Shown in pieces: positions 58,131 through 64,000 of a stretch of 64,000 nucleotides of DNA. Source of the stretch: a virus; IMG/VR virus record IMGVR_UViG_3300032523_001366, positions 4,016 through 68,015 of that record; one strand, written 5' to 3'. Under the pieces are notes generated by a model. It had not been told where the DNA came from. It made no database searches and saw only the letters and a list, made by a program, of their open reading frames with translations. Each line of letters opens with the position of its first letter. The first letter of the stretch is position 1. A program made the translations under genes and the position numbers.

Positions 58131-59366
58131 ATGCCAAGCAGATACGACAACCTTAATGCGGCTGTAACCGCTACAGTAAAGGATAGCAAGAATAACAAGC
58201 CTTACCGCATCGTAGAGATCGGTGTACATCATGCTGTCAGAGCTGTAATGATGGTAAAGCTTGCTAAGAAGCTAGGAAGAACGAACATAGAGTACTATGG
58301 CTTTGACCTATTTGAAGACATGACTCCAAATGTTAACTCCATTGAGTTCGGAAAGCCAGCTTTGGCTATGAGCCGAGATGCCGCTAGAAAGCTAATACTT
58401 GCAGCGGGCGCAGCCAAGGTTCAGTTAATAAAAGGCGATACTAAGCTCTCCATGCCTCAAGCTGTTAAAGATATTCCTACTGCTAACGTTGTATTCCTTG
58501 ATGGCGGGCACACACTTGAAACTATAGCAAGTGATCTTGAGAATATTCTTAATTGCTGCAGCTCCAACACCCACATTCTTTTAGACGATTACTACCCTGG
58601 CGTGTATGACAAAGGATGTGCTTTTATTTCCAAATGCTTTACTATGCTAAAGGAACATGGAATAAAGATAGAAGATCTTAATCCTGTAGATGTTGTTGGG
58701 GACAATAAATTAAGCATAAGGATGCTGTCTCTTAGATGCGCTGCCCAGCTGACACCTTCTACCCTCTTAGGCTTTGGAGCTAAGCTACTCAACGAAGCTT
58801 GCCCTACCGCTGAGCCAGAGCCACAAGAGTTTATTCCTCAGGCTACATTTATTGATGACTCGCCTGTAGATACCTCCATTACTTGGCCTGAGTGTAACTT
58901 GGCTAATGTAGAAAAAGCCTTTCAAGAACACGTAAGTAAGCAAGCTAAGACGGAGGTGGTCAGCCCAGTGGCTGACATTACGTTTCCCCCCGCTGATAGC
59001 GGTTGTGATACCGACGTACAACCAGTTCGAGTACGCAAAAATAGCTGTGGAAAGCTGCCTGAAGAACACTGCGAATTGCCTAGTGATTCTTGTGGACGAC
59101 GGGAGTCCTCAATGGAACCTTGCGGATTGGGAGAAGTACCCGAAGAGCCAGCTGCTGCTGCATCGGTTTCCGAAGAACAACAAGAACCTAACCAGATCGT
59201 GGAACCAGGGAATCCTCTTGGCCTTGGAACACCGTGCCAAAGTAATAGTGGCGGGGAACTCCGACCTGAAGTTTCCCCCGAATTGGAGCAAGGGAATAGT
59301 AGAGGCTCTAGAAGAAGGCGCAGGCGTAGTGGGCCCTCTGACGAACGCTCCGGGCCACAGAGCTAA
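58131..59366 (+). CDS. class I SAM-dependent methyltransferase (sequence after ~58990 probably out of frame)
   Basis: IVEIGV, YYGFDLFE, LIKGDT, FLDGGH, LLDDY. Confidence 0.8.
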   Translation: MPSRYDNLNAAVTATVKDSKNNKPYRIVEIGVHHAVRAVMMVKLAKKLGRTNIEYYGFDLFEDMTPNVNSIEFGKPALAMSRDAARKLILAAGAAKVQLIKGDTKLSMPQAVKDIPTANVVFLDGGHTLETIASDLENILNCCSSNTHILLDDYYPGVYDKGCAFISKCFTMLKEHGIKIEDLNPVDVVGDNKLSIRMLSLRCAAQLTPSTLLGFGAKLLNEACPTAEPEPQEFIPQATFIDDSPVDTSITWPECNLANVEKAFQEHVSKQAKTEVVSPVADITFPPADSGCDTDVQPVRVRKNSCGKLPEEHCELPSDSCGRRESSMEPCGLGEVPEEPAAAASVSEEQQEPNQIVEPGNPLGLGTPCQSNSGGELRPEVSPELEQGNSRGSRRRRRRSGPSDERSGPQS

Positions 59367-59727
59367 GCAGCAAGTACTCAAGTATGTAAAAGGATATACT
59401 GTTAGCGATTCTGACCTGAAGCTCGCCCAGGTGTCTGCCCGCCTATTAAAGGAAAGGGCAGGCACCACGGAGTCTGGCCCTCTTAATGGGTTCTGCTTGG
59501 CTGCTCTAGCTAAGACGTGGATCACAGGTGCCCATAGCCTAGGAAATAACCAGTTCTTTAATCCCAAATTCAAGATGATCCGTAATGAGGACGAGTTGAT
59601 GGGAAGATGGAAGAAGCTAGGCCTATCAAGTCGTATAGCCCTGTCTAGCTTCGTCTTTCATTATAGGGGAGTAACGAGAAACCCCTCAGGAAGGAAAGCC
59701 GGCACAGGTAATCTAAGGATTAAGTAA
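59005..59727 (+). CDS. GT2 glycosyltransferase, +1 frame relative to the methyltransferase
   Basis: (LIAVV)IPTYN, VILVDDGS, SWNQG, NSD, VFHY. Confidence 0.8.
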   Translation: MIPTYNQFEYAKIAVESCLKNTANCLVILVDDGSPQWNLADWEKYPKSQLLLHRFPKNNKNLTRSWNQGILLALEHRAKVIVAGNSDLKFPPNWSKGIVEALEEGAGVVGPLTNAPGHRAKQQVLKYVKGYTVSDSDLKLAQVSARLLKERAGTTESGPLNGFCLAALAKTWITGAHSLGNNQFFNPKFKMIRNEDELMGRWKKLGLSSRIALSSFVFHYRGVTRNPSGRKAGTGNLRIK

Positions 59728-60347
59728 TGAGGTACTGGAAAGCCAAGAGCATTACACCTGGGTCTAAAGTATGCATATCTGTAGTTACGTATAATCAAAC
59801 TAACTGCTTATCATCTCTCATACATGCCCTTAGAGCCCAAACATTTAAAGACTTCAAAGCATATATATTACATGATGGCCCTTGGTCTAATGAAGCCTCC
59901 ACCCATTACTTAAACGCAGTAGGCAGTGACCATAGATTCGTTAAGTTAAATAGTCCTACAAGAGAGGCTAAGTTCGGGCATCACCTTAGACAGGTAGGGT
60001 TTGATATGGGCACGGCTGACAAGTGCAACTGGCTATGCACTATGAACGCTGATTGCTGGTATGCTCCCGTTTATTTAGAGTGGATGCTAGGCTCAGCCCA
60101 TGAAAATAAATCCAACTTTATTTACTGTAACATGGTTCACAGCCACAAGTTATGGAAACCGATGAAGTCGGACCTCAAGAGAGGAGCTATAGACGCAGGC
60201 AACTGGATAGCTCATACTAGCCTTGTGGGCGATACTAAGTGGAATAGCAATAGCTTTTCAGCTGACTGGGAGTATGTTAATAAACTTAAAAATAAACCTG
60301 ACTTTAAGCCCTCTAAAGTTGATGGTTATATATTTACACACAACTGA
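59727..60347 (+). CDS. GT2-like glycosyltransferase
   Basis: ISVVTYN, ILHDG, MNAD, ADWE. Confidence 0.75.
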   Translation: MRYWKAKSITPGSKVCISVVTYNQTNCLSSLIHALRAQTFKDFKAYILHDGPWSNEASTHYLNAVGSDHRFVKLNSPTREAKFGHHLRQVGFDMGTADKCNWLCTMNADCWYAPVYLEWMLGSAHENKSNFIYCNMVHSHKLWKPMKSDLKRGAIDAGNWIAHTSLVGDTKWNSNSFSADWEYVNKLKNKPDFKPSKVDGYIFTHN

Positions 60348-60349
60348 AC

Positions 60350-61390
60350 ATGAAGATAGGCTTTGATGTACAGTATAAACCTCATGATGCCGTGTATGCG
60401 GCGTTAAGGTTGTCTGATTCGTTTAGGTTCTTAGGCTACGATACAACTCTATTCAGCAGTAAGGCCCCTAACCATATCTATGGGTGCAATTGGGATAACC
60501 TAGTAGTAACTCCTAATGACATGCCTTATGATAAGTGGTTAAAGGGGCTCAGCCATGTAGTGTGGCCAGTTCCTCCTAGTAAGGATGTAGTGCAAAGGGT
60601 TGGCAAATCAATAGTTACGATAGCTCTAGCTCCATGGGATTGTCTTCCTGGGTACATAAAGGGATCACTTAAGTTTTGTGCCCATGTAGTAACTCCTTGC
60701 TTAGAGAACTCAGCCATTGTTCGTAAAGAGTCTAATATTAGAGACGTCTCCACAATTGAATGGGACAGCTCTATACCTATGACTAGAAAGGACATAGGAG
60801 ACACAGATGCTTCAAGACCTAAGGTTCTAATACCACTTCACTCCAGCCAGGGGCTTAGATGTGACTTGGAGTCTTTATTTCAGATAATCTCCGGAGTTCA
60901 AGACAAGTGCCCTCAAGCCGATATAACTGTTTCATATAGCTCTAAAGGATCTCCATGGGAAGTGAAGAGAGCCCTAGCTAGGTATGTAAAAGGCAATCGA
61001 AACATAAAAATCGTCATAGACGAAACCACTTGTACTAGCTCCCTTCTTCTATATGGGCATAGCGATATAGTATTGTGGCCAGCAGAGATAGAGGGGTTTG
61101 GCTTAGTAGGAATAGAGTCTATATACATGGGAACACCAGTAGTGGCCTATGATATACCACCGATGTCAAATATAATTACAAATGGCGTTAACGGTATGTT
61201 GGTTTCGTGTGACTCGGGAGGCTCTAAGGGCGGAGTAATGTATGCTGAGCCTAATCCTTCTGAGTTTATAACTGTAGCAGCGAATGCCATAAACGAAAGA
61301 ATACTGGATCTTAATAAGAACACCAAAGTAGGCAGAAGATCAGTTAGAAGCATGTTTTACTCACAATGGAAGAAGATCATAGAGGGCTAA
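60350..61390 (+). CDS. GT4 (GT-B) glycosyltransferase
   Basis: EGFGLVGIESIYMGTPVVAYD EX7E motif; NGVNGMLV. Confidence 0.85.
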   Translation: MKIGFDVQYKPHDAVYAALRLSDSFRFLGYDTTLFSSKAPNHIYGCNWDNLVVTPNDMPYDKWLKGLSHVVWPVPPSKDVVQRVGKSIVTIALAPWDCLPGYIKGSLKFCAHVVTPCLENSAIVRKESNIRDVSTIEWDSSIPMTRKDIGDTDASRPKVLIPLHSSQGLRCDLESLFQIISGVQDKCPQADITVSYSSKGSPWEVKRALARYVKGNRNIKIVIDETTCTSSLLLYGHSDIVLWPAEIEGFGLVGIESIYMGTPVVAYDIPPMSNIITNGVNGMLVSCDSGGSKGGVMYAEPNPSEFITVAANAINERILDLNKNTKVGRRSVRSMFYSQWKKIIEG

Positions 61391-61393
61391 CTC

Positions 61394-61759
61394 ATGGACG
61401 TACTAGCTGTAAGACAAGAAGAGAAGCTATGGGGCCGCAACCATATCATTCATTTGGACAACTCCTTTCAGATATGCCACATACATATTCTCAAAGGCGG
61501 ATACTGCTCTAATCACTTTCACCAGCATAAGTGGAATCAATTCTATATAGTCTCAGGCAAGCTAATGATCAGCTGCTACAACTCAGATGGCACTATAAAG
61601 AGCAGCATCATGCTTAGACCTACCGAGTGCATTAAGATACCGCCTGGCTTGCACCATAAGTTTGAAGCTATAGAAGAGACTGAAGCTTTGGAGATCTATT
61701 GGTCTGAGCTATCTGAGCACGACATTGTGCGTACAGACATAGGCGGCATCAAGGCTTAA
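61394..61759 (+). CDS. cupin-fold protein (sugar isomerase-like)
   Basis: KLWG, SNHFHQHK, IPPGLHHKF. Confidence 0.75.
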   Translation: MDVLAVRQEEKLWGRNHIIHLDNSFQICHIHILKGGYCSNHFHQHKWNQFYIVSGKLMISCYNSDGTIKSSIMLRPTECIKIPPGLHHKFEAIEETEALEIYWSELSEHDIVRTDIGGIKA

Positions 61760-61783
61760 TTCAACCCATAAGTGCGTCATAAT
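61756..61783 (+). promoter_or_regulatory. cassette B promoter motif
   Basis: TTAATT...GCGTCATAAT. Confidence 0.7.
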
Positions 61784-61791
61784 AGTATGGA

Positions 61792-61873
61792 AGGATAGGT
61801 TTATCAGTCATCTAACAGGTGACGCCTAATCCTGTACGGGCAGGTATGCCCACTTTTACGAAAGGAAAATACC
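61792..61873 (+). promoter_or_regulatory. conserved structured 5' leader (copy 1)
   Basis: AGGATAGGT..GTCATCT-AAC-AGGTGAC-GCCTAATCCT plus GGGCA-GGTA-TGCCC. Confidence 0.65.
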
Positions 61874-62122
61874 ATGACCCAGAACGAATTCCACCCACAC
61901 ATGGCTAGAATGGCGGCAGCTCTCGAGCAAGCGAAGGCCCTAGACTTGGAGCAGCTTCACGAAGAAGCTGCCCAGGTCTTAAGGGCCTCGTTCTCAAAGA
62001 GCGGGCCCTGGATAGGAGGGGAGGTGCCAGAAGGCTACCTCGACCTTGTCGGTAAAATCATTCAGGAGGAACAACGCCAGCTTCGCCGTCACGCATTGCT
62101 TCGCTCTTACCTAGATTTCTAG
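61874..62122 (+). CDS. hypothetical protein (cassette B)
   Basis: 82 aa, AAGGA SD. Confidence 0.65.
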   Translation: MTQNEFHPHMARMAAALEQAKALDLEQLHEEAAQVLRASFSKSGPWIGGEVPEGYLDLVGKIIQEEQRQLRRHALLRSYLDF

Positions 62123-62131
62123 GTAAGGGCC

Positions 62132-62176
62132 AATCACATATGGGCTATGCCTAATATGTGATTTTTTTTTAGCTAT
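62132..62176 (+). terminator. terminator with AGCTAT tail
   Basis: AATCACATAT...ATATGTGATT stem, T9, AGCTAT. Confidence 0.8.
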
Positions 62177-62187
62177 TATACGCCCCC

Positions 62188-62215
62188 TTAATTCAGAGCA
62201 TAATCGTGTCATAAT
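62188..62215 (+). promoter_or_regulatory. cassette C promoter motif
   Basis: TTAATT...GTGTCATAAT (one mismatch to consensus). Confidence 0.65.
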
Positions 62216-62220
62216 ATAGT

Positions 62221-62726
62221 GATACCGCTTAGGTATTAAGAATGAAGGCCTTCAGCCCTGCCGATCTGACACGGCCGCTTGGAGGGATTCGACTTAATAC
62301 CTAGGTTACTCTGGTGTTCTATGGCAAGTGCCTATAGAACGGTCAGTAGGATATTAAGCCACACACCTAAGGCCCCACGGCCTAAGAACAGTGGGCGGTA
62401 ACCAACCGTAGGTAAGTGGGCGTGGATGAAAGTTCCACAAACGTCCAGTAACTACGGACGTAACACTAGCGGCACCTTAGTGAGGTGCGCGTCCTGAGTA
62501 GGACTATAAACTGCTTAGAGAACGCCACACTCTTAAAATATGTGGGACACCCGGTGAGAGCCGGGGAATAGGGTGGAAACCCCTTCTTCTTCTTTTAAGG
62601 TAACCCGCCTACCATAAATGGGGTATGGATGAAACTTCCATATATCTTCCTATACCCACGGGAGATATTCCTCGCACCTGGAGGGAGGGTGCCGTCCTGA
62701 GCAGGACGTTAAGCTGCTCTTTTTTT
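62221..62726 (+). ncRNA. ~500-nt structured non-coding RNA (cassette C)
   Basis: Own promoter motif and T-tract, no ORF in the track, 13-bp stem 62228-62240/62293-62305, two homologous domains with compensatory changes. Confidence 0.7.
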
Positions 62727-62741
62727 AGCTATCACTCCTCC

Positions 62742-62769
62742 TTAACCCGGCCTATAAGCGCGTCATAAT
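62742..62769 (+). promoter_or_regulatory. cassette D promoter motif
   Basis: TTAACC...GCGTCATAAT. Confidence 0.7.
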
Positions 62770-62777
62770 AGTATGAA

Positions 62778-62818
62778 AGGATAGGTTATCAGTCATCTAG
62801 CCGATGGCACCTAATCCT
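62778..62818 (+). promoter_or_regulatory. conserved structured 5' leader (copy 2)
   Basis: AGGATAGGT-TATCA-GTCATC-TAGCC-GATGGC-ACCTAATCCT. Confidence 0.65.
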
Positions 62819-62838
62819 CATTTAACACGGAGGTTACC

Positions 62839-63051
62839 ATGATAAACCCATCAACCCCTCTGGGGTTCGCCTGGATAGCCAGGCTCCGCCGAGGCGGAAA
62901 CCTGTTTGTCCTGACGGCAGGGCATAGCAACCGTAAGAAGGCTCACATAGCCCTTGTGGATGCTGCCAAAAGTATTGAGGGGGTTACCAATGACCGGTTA
63001 ACCGCCCTTATAGACAAGGGCTTGCTTAGCCTTGTCTATGTTGATTTATAA
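62839..63051 (+). CDS. hypothetical protein (cassette D)
   Basis: 70 aa, GGAGGT SD. Confidence 0.65.
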   Translation: MINPSTPLGFAWIARLRRGGNLFVLTAGHSNRKKAHIALVDAAKSIEGVTNDRLTALIDKGLLSLVYVDL

Positions 63052-63055
63052 AAGC

Positions 63056-63096
63056 ACACACCATGCCTTCGGGTATGGTGTGTTTTTTTTAGCTAT
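63056..63096 (+). terminator. terminator with AGCTAT tail
   Basis: ACACACCATGCC-TTCG-GGTATGGTGTGT, T-tract, AGCTAT. Confidence 0.85.
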
Positions 63097-63145
63097 CACA
63101 CATCCTATCTCATTATGTTAATTGAGCTTATAAACGCGTCATAAT
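63084..63145 (+). repeat. 62-bp terminator/promoter junction repeat (copy 1)
   Basis: Matches 63379-63440 with 3 mismatches. Confidence 0.9.
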
Positions 63146-63149
63146 GAGT

Positions 63150-63238
63150 TGTAAGGAGTAGTCTTTAGTCATCTATAGTGGATGGCACCTATTCCTACAT
63201 GGGCAGGTATGCCCCTTTTTTGACGAAAGGAAAATACC
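63150..63238 (+). promoter_or_regulatory. conserved structured 5' leader (copy 3)
   Basis: GTCATCTA-TAG-TGGATGGC-ACCTATTCCT; GGGCAGGTATGCCC and ACGAAAGGAAAATACCATG identical to copy 1. Confidence 0.65.
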
Positions 63239-63286
63239 ATGGCAGTAGGAAAAGGCGGAAGAAAAGGCGGAGGGGGAGGTTGTTGA
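63239..63286 (+). CDS. 15-aa peptide MAVGKGGRKGGGGGC (cassette E)
   Basis: Same SD/ATG context as the 82-aa gene at 61874. Confidence 0.55.
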   Translation: MAVGKGGRKGGGGGC

Positions 63287-63351
63287 CTCCTTTCCAGAGG
63301 CACTCACACTTGCAGTTGCAGGTGTGGGTGCGCCGGTGGGGTCTAACCATC

Positions 63352-63391
63352 CGTCCTGAGCAGGACGTTAAACTGCTCTTTTTTTAGCTAT
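63352..63391 (+). terminator. pseudoknot, T-tract, AGCTAT cassette end
   Basis: CGTCC-TGAGCA-GGACG-TTAAAC-TGCTC, T7, AGCTAT. Confidence 0.65.
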
Positions 63392-63440
63392 CACACATCC
63401 TATCTCATTACGTTAATTGGACTTATAAACGCGTCATAAT
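63379..63440 (+). repeat. 62-bp terminator/promoter junction repeat (copy 2)
   Basis: Matches 63084-63145; ends in GCGTCATAAT. Confidence 0.9.
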
Positions 63441-63516
63441 CTATTGGTTACCCGTACCTGTAAAAACGGGGGCTGGTCAGAGAGCTATTCTTTGACGATG
63501 TTAAGCGGGAGATAGG

Positions 63517-64000
63517 ATGTTTACTCTAGTTAGAGTTAAAGGAAGTTTTATAGAGGCCTCCACTGGCCATACCGTAAATGTCTCGGAGTTTGCTATCTCA
63601 CCAAAGGTCACTGTAAAGATGTGGTATATGTTCGGAATGAACAGAACTGTATCTGGACAGTGGTGGTCTTCTCAGACTATCCCTTGGAACGCAAACCATG
63701 ACGACCCTATAACCAGCGTGTCTTGGTACGACTGCCAAGAATTCATTAGCAGGCTAAACAAGAGTAGGCCAGGTAAGTCAGCTTTTAGGCTACCGACTCA
63801 GGCTGAGGTTGAACTTGCCAGTGCAAAAAATGTGTTGGAGGAGGCCCCGACACTGGGCGCTAGAGGCGAGTGGTGTCAAGATTATAGCTATGACGGGTAC
63901 TATAGATACTGCTACAGCTGCTGGAACGGTAAGAGCTGGTCTTACCAAAATAGTTTAAACTTCACTGGAGGTATACTAGGTTTAGAGAGCTTTGAGTTAA
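63517..64000 (+). CDS. FGE-sulfatase (C-type lectin-fold) domain protein, runs off the window
   Basis: My translation: PITSVSWYDCQEFISRLN...FRLPTQAEVE...EWCQD; GGGAG SD; missing from the track because no stop lies in the window. Confidence 0.75.
   Translation, partial: MFTLVRVKGSFIEASTGHTVNVSEFAISPKVTVKMWYMFGMNRTVSGQWWSSQTIPWNANHDDPITSVSWYDCQEFISRLNKSRPGKSAFRLPTQAEVELASAKNVLEEAPTLGARGEWCQDYSYDGYYRYCYSCWNGKSWSYQNSLNFTGGILGLESFEL

Noticed and set aside
62285-62293. tmRNA or tRNA suggested by GGATTCGAC
   Set aside because: No GGGG 5' acceptor strand, no T-arm plus CCA end and no cloverleaf; I found no tRNA in the window.
62221-62726. CsrB-like CsrA sponge
   Set aside because: Only a couple of GGA-containing loops, not the many repeated ANGGA hairpins typical of CsrB/RsmZ; not fully excluded.
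63178-63387. 69-aa ORF from the track
   Set aside because: No SD, and it runs through the leader, pseudoknot and T-tract; the SD-supported frame is the 15-aa peptide.

Overview
64 kb of a large tailed-phage (Caudoviricetes-like) genome, densely coding and mostly on the + strand. It carries a terminase large subunit, a probable portal, a full replication/recombination module (sigma factor, SbcD/SbcC, SF2 helicase, DnaB-like helicase, primase, family A DNA polymerase with an N-terminal UDG-like domain, dNMP kinase, RecA, DEDDh exonuclease, RuvC), a MoxR-type AAA+/vWA pair, CsrA, an RNAP alpha-CTD-like protein and a glycosyltransferase/methyltransferase cluster. The most unusual element is a family of expression cassettes (50775-52424 and a tandem array from 61756 to the window end). 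Each starts with a GCGTCATAAT promoter-like motif and ends in a T-tract followed by an invariant AGCTAT. Their payloads (small ORFs, a 15-aa peptide, a ~500-nt ncRNA with two homologous structured domains) are tiled with hairpins. Also notable: an IS110/Nop-like protein lacking catalytic residues followed by a 183-nt gap, a gene bracketed by 42-bp inverted repeats, and a methyltransferase-GT2 pair joined by a C6 frameshift site. All protein calls come from motif recognition by eye; no database search or folding program was run.
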